A stretch of DNA of 62,268 nt, filler included, from Rhabdomonas costata (GCA_019059605.1; 26 parts of 26 records of this genome joined end to end with filler, not necessarily neighbours in it), one strand, 5' to 3'. Counted from the whole stretch's first letter, positions 13,046-25,572 are shown. The notes: generated by a model not told the origin, from the letters alone. Numbers and translations: made by a program.

Positions 13046-13810
13046 TAACCGTTCAGAGTTCAATGTCAGCCTTGTCGGCCTTGACAAAAACCTCAAAAAT
13101 TGGTAAAACTGCAAGGCCATAGCGTTCAGGGCACGCGTGAACAAAACGACACAAAAAAGAAGGGATTCAACCAGTTTTGACGGACGTGCTGTTTTCACAT
13201 GGCCTGAACATGATATACAGAAGCCAAACTGCGAAATCCAGACAAAAGACAAACAAAGAACCACCAGTGAGTTATTTGTGCATCATCAGTCACCTGCACT
13301 GCCAATCTTTTGACAAGTGGCTGGCGCTTGGTGATAGTGGAAGTGGTTGAAGATCTTCGTTGAAAGTATCTCCCAAACACCATTCTTAATTCAATGATGT
13401 CACATTTCCGCCTTCAACCACGGCCAAGACAGGCGCTCATACAACACTGAAGGATGTCACGACAAGAAAACTTAAGGAAAGAGCCGCCAAGGGGCAAGCG
13501 TGTACCGGCCTGAGGGTGCAAAGACCACTCTCCGTTTCTGGGGCCTGCTTCGGCATCACTCTGGAAAACCGTTCCTTTCGTGAAAAAAAATGTCACCATA
13601 AAGATGATTCATAAAAATTTACTATAATGAAGCCTTCAAGCCCTCATACTGGATCTTCACCACCAGCCTATGCAGAGTGAACCCGTGGTCTATTTTCCAC
13701 CAGCGTATGGCATCGGAGTCTGCGAATAGTGTCCGAAAAATCACCGACATTACTTATTCAATGAGGCCATTGCAATTGTATCAGCCTGAACAAAAGTGAC
13801 AAGAACAGCG

Positions 13811-14296
13811 TTATAACTTTTGTTTGGTGAGCTGGCTCAGCAGGAATGGGAAAGCAAGCAACCGCAGTCCAACACTCACAATGAAGGGCGACACAGGCGA
13901 ACCGCCATGAAACCAGCCAACCACTGCAACACCAAGGGCAGACCCAGCAGCTCCAAAGATGCACTGAACGGCAGCCGCTTTCTGAGCCACCTTGCCACTT
14001 TGGCCTGAAGCGACCAACACTGCTACCTCACCACCACCTGCCAGGGCTGCGAAAAGGCAATGCGCAATTGCAACCATGGTTTGAGTGGTAGAGACAGAAA
14101 CCAGAGCACTTGGCACCACACAAAACACCGAGGAAACCGCCAAAACCCAGGCTGCACCTCTCAAGTCGACCAGTTTGCCCCACACTGGCGTAGTCATCCC
14201 TTTGGCCAACATGCTAAGAGCCGTGACAGCAGCCCAACCCGATGCACCCAGATCTGCTGCGTAAGCGGCATGCTGCGCACCAAACAAACACCACAC
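13811..14296 (-). CDS. Major facilitator superfamily transporter, C-terminal part (5'-truncated)
   Basis: Uninterrupted ORF with several hydrophobic segments and MFS motif A-like PVWGKLVDLRG; ends at TAA 13811. Confidence 0.65.
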   Translation of the reverse strand: MWCLFGAQHAAYAADLGASGWAAVTALSMLAKGMTTPVWGKLVDLRGAAWVLAVSSVFCVVPSALVSVSTTQTMVAIAHCLFAALAGGGEVAVLVASGQSGKVAQKAAAVQCIFGAAGSALGVAVVGWFHGGSPVSPFIVSVGLRLLAFPFLLSQLTKQKL

Positions 14297-14753
14297 ACAC
14301 CCAACACNNNNNNNNNNNNNNNNNNNNNNNNNNNNNNNNNNNNNNNNNNNNTTAATTAATTAANNNNNNNNNNNNNNNNNNNNNNNNNNNNNNNNNNNNN
14401 NNNNNNNGGGGTTGTGGGGCGGTTTTTCGCAACGAGCCTTGCGCGTGGGGCGTGCTACTTCCTGTCCCAACACCAACCATTCACAGGATTCTGGGTTTTT
14501 GCAATTCGCCCCTCTCGACCCCCTGCAACCGCCTCTCGGGTAATATCGTTTGAACTCGTGAATCTGTTTTGTTGCCAACACCTGCGTGAACGAACTACAT
14601 TTGGTCCAGCTTCAAGTAGCTGTTCAGACGTCGTAGTTCATTTTCACCGTTGCTCGCTAACTCCCCATGCCTGCCCGTGCGCAATTCTGTGCAAGCTGTC
14701 ACTCGGACTTTGAGTTGGGCCCCTGAGGTCGTCGCTCAGTTGAAAAAATCCTT

Positions 14754-16621
14754 ATGGCTGTCGAAGCGGGGGAAGACCGTTCATCCCCACCCTCACCCCA
14801 TCCCCGAAAGTTTACCGATAACGAGCCGGTGCCAGCAGCTAGGAATTGGAAAACAGTGGCAGAACCAAAGCGTGTTGTTGACGGTTTTGACCTAGAGGTG
14901 GAGGGGAGTGGGACTGGGGACTGGGGATGGGCGCTTTGGTTGGACTTGGCGGTGCTTTATGGCGCCTTTCCCTTGCAGCCCTGTCGAAGCCCCTGGACTT
15001 GGATGCCCTGGAGCGGGAGATCTCGCCCACCCCGGTGACGGGCTCGTCCCTGGTGGAGTCCGCGGCGCTGGCGTTGCTGGACTTCGAGTTCCCCGACGAT
15101 CTCCGCGAGGACCTCACCCGCCGCCGTGAGGTGAACCACACACACGCACACATGCACGCACTGTGTGTAAAGAAACAAAAGGGTTCCGCAGTCGCGTGCC
15201 CTTCTCGAGGGGTGCTAGGAACGGCGCCACGCTTGTGCTGTGGGTATGAGTGTGGCTTCCTGTGCTGTTCTCAGGCCCTCGCGAAGGAGCGGAAGAGCCT
15301 GGAAGATGAGAAGACTCACTACCTGGCCTTGAAGAAGCAGCTGGAGTCGTGGGGCCCTCCGTCCAACCAAAGGATGAAGCTGAACGTCTCTGGGACGAGG
15401 ATCGAGGTCTGTTTCGATCCCGCCATCCACAGCCAGCACACGAGGGAATATTTTTATGGAACAGGCCTGTGAGGCATTTTCTTTACTCTGCCCGCGTGTG
15501 CTCGTGGCCCCCTGCCCTCCCCCCTCCATGCCAAGCACCAAGAACTTGCCCTGTGCAGTGGGGCGGAGAGTTCGTTGGTTTTTCAGAATAAGTATATGCT
15601 CATGTTCTGTGTTGCCTTGTCCTCGCCATCTGCAAATTATTGCCCGTTTACCTGTTTTTTCCCTGCCCTAGTAGCAGTAGCACTCATATTCAACGGCAGT
15701 TTCAGAGCATCTGAGAAAGGACTGAGTAATGGAGACGGAGGCCCACTCCCCACTCCTCCGGCAGCGCTGTAGCCTCGCACATGATCTGCTGTTTCTGCTG
15801 CTGCCGTTGTGTGCAGGTCGGGGCCAACACGGTCTCCACCAATACCTTCTTCCGGGGCCTTCTCAGCGGTTCCTTCGTAGCCCCTGACGCCGATGGCTTC
15901 TACTTCCTCCAGAGAGACCCGCGATGGGTGCGTTCCTGTGCCTGTGCGGCTTGTGTGGTAGGGGAGACACTCCCTGCGCAGCTCGTCGCCGCAACGGAGG
16001 AGAGGGCCGAAGCACCACTTATCACTCGTGTAGTGCACGTGTTGGAATGAGCTGGGCTGTGAATTAGCACTCCGGGAACTTTGATGCACTCGTACCCACC
16101 TCTTCACAGCAGCTTTGGGGCAATGGCGCCGCTATCTCTTCAAAAATTCCCGACTGCTTTGGTCGAGCTCATTGCTTTAAGTTTCGTCCTCCCTTTCCGC
16201 AACATAATTTCGCTGTGTTTTGCCAATGTGAATATTTGTATGCTTTGCTATGCTCTCACGACATACACACACAACTCCTCCCTTGGACATCCCGATGTCC
16301 GTTCCGCTGCCTTTCCTTTTGCCGCTGTGCTTTTCGCTGGACTTTGGACTCAGGAGTGTTTTTTCTGATGGTCATGAGCTTTCATCGCTGGCCCTTTCTC
16401 TGTTTCTCCCATGTCTCTCCTCTCTCTCTCCTCTCATTAGGTGATGGCGGTACTGAAGTACCTCCGCGAGGGCACCGTGGACCTGTACTGCCTCTCCGCG
16501 AGGGAGCTCACCGAGCTCAAGGCAGAGGCGGAGTTCTTCCAGCTGGGCGAACTGGCGTCGCAGTGCTCCGCGCGGCTAGGGCCCTTCCTTTACTCCACCT
16601 TGCTGGAGATCCCCGCCTCAG
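14754..16621 (+). CDS. KCTD/T1-type BTB/POZ domain protein, 5' part
   Basis: Phase-consistent exons 14754-14778, 14979-15130, 15275-15406, 15817-15927, 16441-16621. They give MKLNVSGTRIE..FFRGLLSG..DADGFYFLQRDPRW..VLKYLREG..ELKAEAEFFQLGEL, the classic T1-BTB pattern. Confidence 0.88.
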
Positions 16622-17621
16622 GCGCATCTCCCTCCCTCTTTCTCACACTCCGTGCGTTCTTCCTGTGCTCTTCCATCCCCTTCATTCTTCCGATTCTTCC
16701 ACACCCCACNNNNNNNNNNNNNNNNNNNNNNNNNNNNNNNNNNNNNNNNNNNNTTAATTAATTAANNNNNNNNNNNNNNNNNNNNNNNNNNNNNNNNNNN
16801 NNNNNNNNNACACTGGAATCCTTTGATTTTGGACAGAGTATCATGCATAACACCGCGGTATCTGGACAGCAGTGCCACAGAATCGAGGTTTTGTATCTGT
16901 TTCCAATGATTATGTCTTGCCAGACCACCATTTGCGGTTGCCATTATGCGTCTCACTAAAATTTAATAGTTCATGAAATAAAAATGTCCATATATATATT
17001 AAAAATATATATTAAAAATGTCCAGAGATATTATTGTGTATATTATGGTCTGCCCTGTGCTATTTGAGGTTCGACGGGAATCTGCAGAGCTACCTTTGAA
17101 AGTGAGCTTTTCCACTCCAGCAGTTATGGCGACTACCAAAATGCAGCTGAAGGGGGGGGGGTTCGAGCAACGCCCGTTCCGTCTTCCATAATCCCTCACC
17201 TTGTATACCTGGCAGGTGAGCTGAAACGCCTGAATATGTTCCCCGCTTTAACAAACCCTGGGGAGAGAGAGCGGGGAGGGGGGGGAGAAAACCCGAAAAA
17301 ACAATACAGTGTGTGTGTGTACCTGCCTGAATATCGATATATCAAAATATACCGAAATTGTCAGAAAATGCGGTGAGGAATGACTCGTTTTTTTGGCTGA
17401 ATTTATGCATGCGGTATTCGTGGAGCATGTTGGCCACATATGCGGTTTTTCACGGTTTTTTCACACTTTTGCTCAGTTTGCCGATTGCGCAACACACACA
17501 TACTCACAGGCACGCAGAGAGGGAAGCTCAGTTTCGCTTTGCATCGGATCTTTCTTGGATTCAGTTTGCTATCCCCCCTTCGTTTTTCTTGTGTTTTGGA
17601 GCACTGCGCGTGCCTCCACAG

Positions 17622-17920
17622 CGGTGACGGCGGACCACAGCACGCAGCTGCGGCACTCCTGCCTGAATTCGGGGATGCAGGCCACCATCCTGAAGCCGGT
17701 GAGCTGCGAGTCGCTGCTGGACACGGTTCGGGCGGTGTATCGTGCGCAGTGGGGGGAGCTTCCGGCGGACTTCGTGAGGTGGGAGACCCCCAGAGTTGCC
17801 CCACCCATACCCATGGTTTCCTCGCTGCTGTCGCCTCCCCTGTCTTCCGTCATGCCCTTTCCGAACATCGTGGTCGATGCTCCTGGGGGTGGCGGGGTCG
17901 CACGAGAGGAAGGGCTCTGA
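17622..17920 (+). CDS. Last exon of a receiver (REC) domain protein, probably a hybrid histidine kinase or response regulator
   Basis: After acceptor ccacag the exon reads (A)VTADHSTQLRHSCLNSGMQATILKPVSCESLLDTV, matching the REC C-terminal pattern lTA...cl.aGm...l.KP. Stop is TGA at 17920. Confidence 0.8.
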
Positions 17921-19990
17921 AAGCCCTGCATAGCCTGCTCAGCCGCTCGCCCCTCGAGCGCCCCTTCTGTCTTCCTTTGCTCTTGACCATCCCCAGCTTT
18001 GTGCTGGGCTCGTCCGGGTGCTAAGTCCTTAGTCCCTTTCCCTTCCCTCCTTCCTAGTGCGTGATGCTGCAACTCTTGTGTCTCCCCAAAACAGCCTCAG
18101 GCACGTGTACTGTACTGTATCGTTTTCGGTAGGCAGGAGACATTTTTCTGTACAGTTTTTGCCGCAAACACTTACCCAAGTTTTTAAGGAAGGTTAGGAC
18201 AGGACGGTGTGACACCCGCGATGGTTGACCAGGTGTACTCGTCCTCTCCCTTTGCACTTGTTGCTGCGGGTAAGGCACGTGAGAGCGTAAGGTGTTCCAG
18301 CAGCACTCCTTCCTTCTTTCAATTCTCACGCCCTCGCTCCCCGGGAGTCACTTTCCGCTCTGCATTGCTGCTGAGCTGCGCGATTTCTTCTGCTCTCTAA
18401 ACTGATGCACTCGAAGAGATGCATTGCTTATTTCCTTTCTTCCCAGTTCTCTGTGTCCCATTCTCTTCCTTCTGCTGCGGAGGCTCCTCCGCTGCTTTTT
18501 TTAAGGTCACCATGGACCTTTTTCAATATTCAATATTCTTTTTCATCCTTCCTCGCAAAGACTGGCCTCCTATTACTCACATCAGAGAATGAGAGAGAGC
18601 GAGAAATGGAAAGAGTGCGCGCGATTTTCACACTGCCTTCTTTCCTTTCCTTTTTGCCCAAACATTCTTTGCTCGCATCCCTGAAACATGCGAGAACAGG
18701 GACGTCGTCTTCCGTGCTTACGCTTGGATGCTCGGCATATCCTACTCTTTTTTTATGGTTGATCTGTGATTCTGATTCTCAAACTTCAGTTGGCGCCTGG
18801 TCAGCAGTCATATGTTGCGACCACATCCCTCCGAATCAAAGCTTCACTTTTCGGAAACAAAAATGGTCGTGCTCCGCGAAAACTTTTTGCGCGATCAATG
18901 ATGCACTTCTCCGGCTCTTGTCGCTTACCGACAAAACCGCCTCCAGTTTATCACCGCGCCATCGATTTGAATATCCGTGGATTATGTGGCCGCCTTCTGG
19001 CCTCGCCTGATTTCATGTCGGTTGGCACCAGCGCCTGTTCCAGTACCAGTGCCGGACCCGATGCACAGACACACCGTGTTGCACGAACGCTTGCTCGACC
19101 CCCCACCCCNNNNNNNNNNNNNNNNNNNNNNNNNNNNNNNNNNNNNNNNNNNNTTAATTAATTAANNNNNNNNNNNNNNNNNNNNNNNNNNNNNNNNNNN
19201 NNNNNNNNNTGTTTCTCTGTCAGCCAGTGGCATGTAAGGCAATGGCGCAGATCCGCTTCTTTTCAGCGTTTTGTGGGTCTGCACGAATCCCCTCCCCTCC
19301 TCTCGCCAGCCCTCGCTCTCGTTTGTCGTGACTTTTTCAGCTGTTCAGTGGAGTTTTCATTTTGTGATGGGATCCGAATGCGTTGAAGCGTGCAATGCAC
19401 CTGGGAAGAGTTTGGTGTGCCTAAATCAACCTAAATCATCGCTTCTCAAATTGTGTGTGGGCTCAAGCCTCGTCACCAAGGACTTTCAAATCGCACAAGA
19501 ATGACTCGCTATTGGCGTCGATAGCAAAGTGCACTGCTACCATGGATACCATGGATCGATTTAAAGTGGCTGAACGAAGTGTGTAAAAATGGGTGAAGGA
19601 TTGCCACACTTGCGGGATACGATGGAAATATATGCTCGGTGGGCTCATCTACTTCAGCCTTTGCTTGTTTACTTGCAGCTTGGCACTAGTTTGACCGCAC
19701 TGTTACCCGACCACCAAGTGGAGAGATGTGAATTATGGGAGATTGGCCTACTCCTTTGAAAATAACGTCGTGCAATACCGAACTGGCGCTTTTTTCTGGT
19801 GAGCTAATATTGCAGCGATAACTCTTCGAGGTTGTGTGGCATTGCCTCTTTGAGAGTGGAGCTAAGTTCGCAGAAATGCACCGAATTCCTCACTGACATC
19901 TTCATTGCAGTGAGTGAGTCTTTATTTTTGTGTGTTTTCGTGCCACATCGGGTGGGAAACGACGACCTTGCTGCGTAGTCTTCGCCAAGG

Positions 19991-21381
19991 ATGAAGGTCT
20001 TCATTCCCAGTGACGTCTCCGATGTGTCCCAACTGGCCGCAAGGGAGGCCTACAGGTAAGTTCTCACAAACCACTGCACATTGCTGTACTTCTGCTTTTA
20101 CAGGTATCTGGGGAATGCCCAGTATTCTACACAAGAAGTAGGGGAAGAGTTCTAGAAGAACAGATTTTCCCACATTAGTCAGGAAACATGGGAGTCGCCC
20201 TCTAAACCCCTGCGAAGTCTTCTATCGCATGCCCAGTGATGATAAATGTGAAAGGTGATATTCATCAGTTGACTTGGAGATTTGCCCTGGCAGGTCGGGA
20301 TCTCCTTATGAAAATTCTGGCACTCCACTTAAGTGTGGTACAGCCGTGAGGTTTCATCTTGCGCTGCCCTACCTTTCCATCTCTGCACCTCAAACCTGAC
20401 GCACACCAGCAAAGCGCAGCATCCAATTCAGCAATTCCGACCCAGGGAGGCAATATCTAACAATACAGGGCAACCCTGGAGAGCTTTGCGCCAGTTATCC
20501 TCAAGCTTCCCGTCGACGCCGATGGGACGTTCACCGTAAACGTGCCCTTCTGCGGCTTTTTCGGGGAGGCCCCCCTGCTGTACGCCTTTCTGCTGAACCA
20601 GCTGTGGCCGGCACGCCGTGCGGACATCAAGAAGATCATTGTCCGGGGGTATGACGTCGACATGGATGGGCTCACCAAGGCCCGGGATATCCTCCTGAGC
20701 CAGGTTGGGTGGCCCCTTCCACCTTCCACCTCTGTGTTTTTTTATGCTTGCTCCTCCACTGCCCCCCTCCAGATTTGCAAAGTTTCCAACATGGTGCTTG
20801 CAATCGGCTACGCTTGGCAGGTCACAATCCTTCCACGTGATAAGCAAAAGCAGTGGGGGTATGAGCGTATGAGGGAAGGTGTGAGGGAAGGTTCTCTGCA
20901 TCCTCCGTTCTTATAGCGAGGATGGGCTACCGGAATCGCTAGTGGTGGTGCCGGAGACAGGGGTGGTTGTCGGGGCAAATTTTTGCTTGTGAGAAAAAAC
21001 TACCGTTCGTGGGTCGTATTTTTTTTCTGTTTGTTATGTATTTACCTTGTTCCGGTGGGGTGCAAATTTGGCAGTTTGTCCCCCTGCTCGTGTGCGGATC
21101 TGAACTGTGGGGAGGAATTATCTCGTTGCTTCAGTGCTAGTTGTGAAATTGGCATTGCGTTTCTTCGGCAGCTGTTATGCGTATGTACTCTGAGCAACCC
21201 CCTCAAAAAAGGTTCCTAGCAATCCCGACCTGGTCTTTGAGCTGCTGCATGCGGACTTGGGAGAGGTGACGCTTTCCCCGGCCTCGCTGTGTCTGGCCAT
21301 GCACCCTGAACTGAACAATTTCCCTGCAAAGTGGGTGCCGATCATCCACAATCTTGTGCAGAGCAGCCCTCTGGTGATTAG
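19991..21381 (+). CDS. Class I SAM-dependent methyltransferase-like protein, 5' part
   Basis: Exons 19991-20055, 20469-20708, 21220-21381 join in phase. They give VNVPFCGFFGEAPLL (motif I-like), IIVRGYDVDMDGLTKA (motif II-like), FELLHADL (motif III-like) and LCLAMHP. Optional micro-exons at 20104-20293 are uncertain. Confidence 0.6.
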
Positions 21382-22029
21382 GTGCGCTGGTCTTGCCCCC
21401 CCCCTCTGGTTTCCGTTTTGTGTTGCGCTTGTGAAAGGGCGCTGTATCGTTCGTTTCGATTGATGCAGTGTAATGGCATGGTGTCTTTTTTGCTTTTTCC
21501 CCAACAACCNNNNNNNNNNNNNNNNNNNNNNNNNNNNNNNNNNNNNNNNNNNNTTAATTAATTAANNNNNNNNNNNNNNNNNNNNNNNNNNNNNNNNNNN
21601 NNNNNNNNNGACGCACGAGTCCCACCTCCCGGCTTGGGACTGGGCTCAAGTGCAACGGCAGCCTTGAGGTATGAAAGGGAGAAAGAATTCGAAGGTGCAC
21701 TGAAAGACGATATACCGCATCCCCGGTTGTGGCTCCTGCAGTGAGCAGGTCAACAGCTGAACTGCATACTGGCGGCGCGTGCACGCACACATCCCACATA
21801 CCTTGCAAGCCGTTAAGAAAAGAAGCCGTGAAGAAAAGACCCAGTCGAGGTTAAGATACATGGAAAGGCATCAAGCAGCAGCAAGACCCTCCGAGAGGAC
21901 ATTCCCTCTCTCCCGGAAAGCGGAGCCCGCCCTGACTGAAGTAGTGCATGGCACTCCCTTGCTGTCCAGACGAAGTACTAGGCAACCAAAAAGGACGGGA
22001 GGAAAACTATGAACTGCCGCCGAATGCAC

Positions 22030-23567
22030 CCTTTCCACAGCTCATCAGAAGGAGCTTTAGCCGCCGTAGCCTGCCAAGCTTCAGACGTGGCAACGGGGGC
22101 GCGGCCGAGCCGCCGCTGCCCACACTGCCACTGCTGCTGCTGCTGCTGCTACTGCTACTGCTACTGCTACTGCTGCAGCTGCTGTTGCGGGCCAGCCAAG
22201 AAACCGGCTTGCTCCCTCTGCGTGAAAAAAAGGACGGGTGGCTAACCTTGGGTTAAGGATAGTTGCACCCCAAAACTCAGAGAAACGTGACCCGTTTAAA
22301 CCTCACACCCAACATAACCATCATCATGAGCAGATTGAATCTTCTCGCAATGTCCCCTGCCATTTTCGTTGGCACCCATATCAAAAGAGGGGTTTTGTTA
22401 TCATTCCATTGTTACCAAAAAAAATTCGAACTTTTCTTTTCCAACTCAAGGTTTTGTGGCGATTGCCTCACAACTGAAACTCATGATGAAATTTACGAGT
22501 ATCAATCATAAACAATTCGAAAAGACCAAAATTCCCTGGTTCTCAGTTTAAGGAGCCATTGAGCCCAATGAACGACCCAACAACTACCTACTGCTACCGA
22601 AAACCTGTGCAATTGAGCGCACGGGCTTGCACATGCTCTCCCATGGGTTTTACCGCAATGGGATCAAGGAACACTCCCCGGTGAGCGTTTGGTCGCTATT
22701 TTCCCATCAAACACATATAATATAAGCTACACATATAAGCTTTTTAAGAGTTCTGATTTTCAGAACTAAATGTATTTGTGATCACCGCCCACAGAAAAAG
22801 GGGGAGCGGTTCAGCACTGTAGGAAAAAAAAGTCCAGTAACCCAACGCGTCAGAGAAATCACAGAGGACGAGCGCATGGCAAACACGACAATTAAATTAC
22901 AAAGGAGCAATGAGAATGGAGAAAAAAGGGGGGGGAGAAGGAGGGTAGTCAAAGAGAGCCACAAAAGACGCGGATAAAACTCTGGAGGTCAATGCATGTG
23001 TTGTTAGTGAAGAAGAACCTGAAGCGGTAACGCCTGCCTCAGTATTGCTTGAACGTGCCACAGGGAAGGGAAAGAAGAGGCAAGCAAGACTGGCCGGCAC
23101 AGGCATCCGTCAACACCGAAGCCGCGACCACAAAGGGCTCCAGAATTCAGAGAAGCAGTAGGCAAAAACAAATAGTCCGGTTAAATGGAGAACCTTTGCG
23201 GGGCAGAAGGCGACGAAGTAGGCCCCAGAGTCGTGAAACCCTCATTCCGTTCCCGGAGGACATCATAGCCTCCCCGGTGTTTTTGCGGACACTTCGACAT
23301 GTTCTGATCCGAACCCACCTGAGCGCCAGTGGGGGAACCTGAGGCCACCCCAGGCTCCTTCTGTGCGGTTGTTGGTGGAGTTTCACGTTCGGCCATGTCA
23401 CTGAAGCTGAAGGAATTCGTCAAGGAGAAGGATACGTGCCGTGAGGCGGGCGAGCCAGAGCCCACAGGGGGAGGGCGAGGCGGATCCCTTTTCAGAGCGC
23501 TCTGTGGGGAGTCCCCACCGAGAGAGGTGCAGCTTGTCGATCCGCACGTTACCAACCCGTCTGAAAC
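22030..23567 (-). CDS. Hypothetical Ser/Pro-rich protein fragment
   Basis: Exons 23567-23194 and 22217-22030 have AG/GT borders and matching phase; the second contains a poly-Ser run. Confidence 0.4.
22131..22184 (+). repeat. (CTG/CTA)n trinucleotide repeat, encoding poly-Ser on the minus strand
   Basis: Directly visible. Confidence 0.9.
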
Positions 23568-24011
23568 CTGAGCAGGAAATTCACGTTCCGTCCGTTGCAG
23601 CTTCAAAAAAGTTGCATGGGCAACCCTTGACATACGAAAAAAAAAACCAACACATTGATGAAATGGAAGGATAGCATTCTAACCTGCTGCTTTGAGCATC
23701 CAGGGCACGAACATATAGTTCCCAATAGCTAGCACTATGCGCAAAGAGCTATATAGCGAGGGGCGCCCAATCGAACAATACCCCTGGAAGCGGCAAAAAA
23801 AAAGCACAGTGGCTCGAAACACGAGCCCCAAGCTCAGAAAAGCCCAAGACGAGAGCAGCAGCGCTGGAAAAGCAACCGCACACCGCCTCGCGGAACCACA
23901 CCCNNNNNNNNNNNNNNNNNNNNNNNNNNNNNNNNNNNNNNNNNNNNTTAATTAATTAANNNNNNNNNNNNNNNNNNNNNNNNNNNNNNNNNNNNNNNNN
24001 NNNGGTGGGGG

Positions 24012-24105
24012 GTGATGCAGGCCTCGCGTATGACAACCTGCTGGTTCGCCGCGTCGATTACGACGAGGCGAACCAGCAGGTTGTCATACGCGAGGCCTGC
24101 ATCAC
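24012..24105. repeat. Perfect 39-bp inverted repeat at a contig start; probable amplification fold-back chimera
   Basis: 24012-24050 is the exact reverse complement of 24067-24105. Confidence 0.9.
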
Positions 24106-24697
24106 TTCCCATGGAACAACACGGGCCGAAATCCGTCACCTTCTGAAGGAGCTGTACCTGCCGCACGGCTACATGGCCGTCCTGGGCCGAATCATTACTC
24201 CGGCTGGGCACCCCGATCTAAGTCCAGACGCTTACGTCAGCTGCCGGCTGCCCACGGGCGCCAACCACGACGTCATCGCACTGGAAGTTGGTGTATCCCA
24301 AACTGCCGCCGCGCTGTCCACGCGCGCCCAGAGGCTCCTGGAGGACATCCCCTCTCTGGAGTTCGTCATCTTGGTTAAGTTGCACGACGACGCGACGGTG
24401 GAGTGTCGTCGCCTGTACGCGTGGACGGAGTCGCGCAACCCAGCTGGGGGTGCTCCGGTCCGCTCCCCTGTGCCGCCGCTGGAGTTCGGGCAGGTCATGG
24501 CGGGGGGTGCCCCTAACCCCGCTCACTGGTCTCCGGGCGCGGTGGCAGGTCGACCGTTCCTTCCTCTCCCGGCTCTCGCGGCTGCACCGGGCGGTATCCC
24601 AGCCGCTGTGCCGCCCCAAAACCTGGACTTGGGTGCCGTGCTCCAGGCACTGCGTGCCGGCGGTGGCGGCGCGTGGGTACATGGTCCTCCGCCGTAG
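24051..24697 (+). CDS. PD-(D/E)XK restriction-endonuclease-fold protein (Uma2 / Crinkler-REase-like), 5'-truncated and intronless here
   Basis: More than 200 uninterrupted GC-rich codons with SH-helix, LSPDAYV, VIALEVGVSQTAAAL, RAQRLLE and FVILVKL. This follows the H...PD...EV.xS order of Uma2-like REases. Stop is TAG at 24697. Confidence 0.72.
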
Positions 24698-25572
24698 CGT
24701 ATCTGATGTTCGCACTCACGCGCGCCTTGAGCAAAGTTTGTGTGAGTGCTGCTAGCACTGCTGTTCGAGCCTTTTCGTTCTGTTTTTGCCCACACCGTTC
24801 GTGCTGTTTTTTCTCGCTGCAGGTTTCAGCTGAATGTACAAAAACCTAAAATGTTGTGCGGTGAGGGCTATCTTGCAGTGCTTTCGTGTGTTGATTTCCG
24901 AAGAAGAACAGAGGAGTTTACCAAAATGTTGCCATCTGCTTATACATAATACTCGTATCAATGCTGGTTTCGACTTGGCGACACGACGCAGCAGGGTCTG
25001 CGGAAGGTTGCACCAGTCGCGCCTCTCGTCTTGCATGGTCTTCCGGTCATTTAAGAACACGTTTTTCTCTGTTTTTGTAAAATACGGCAAAAAAAAAACG
25101 CGCCAGGACAGGACGCAAAGCGTCCTCTCCGCTCGATAGCTGATATGGTCATATGGTCATTATTGCTCTGCCCGATACATTGACATTTTCTCCAAATTGA
25201 AAGAACCGCCGCCACGACGGCGTGACGTCATTGCTTGTTAAGGTAGGCCTTCTCCATTCCATTGGGTTTTGTGCAACACAGAGAACACGATGCTGGACTG
25301 GCAGGCGTGGGTATCACTTGGGCCTCAATTTTCGACGTTATATGGCTGACAGCGTTAGTAGGGTCAGTTAGTATGCTGTGCTGGTGCCCTGTGTATGAAT
25401 TTTGAAGTAAATGCTGCTTTCTGCCACTTAATTGAGGGGGAGAGTATGACTGACCTTCCCCTCTATCTTTCAGCTTTATTTTTTCTCGCACATTTTTTTC
25501 CGACAATTTGGAGGCAGTCTAGTGCTGGTGCTCAGAAAGCCAGCAAAGAAAACAATTGTGCACGGTGGGCAG

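Noticed and set aside
20188..20293. ATG..TAA..VMINVKG frame resembling a BTB start with a read-through stop
   Set aside because: Its phase does not join the downstream methyltransferase-like exon, and no further BTB motifs follow.
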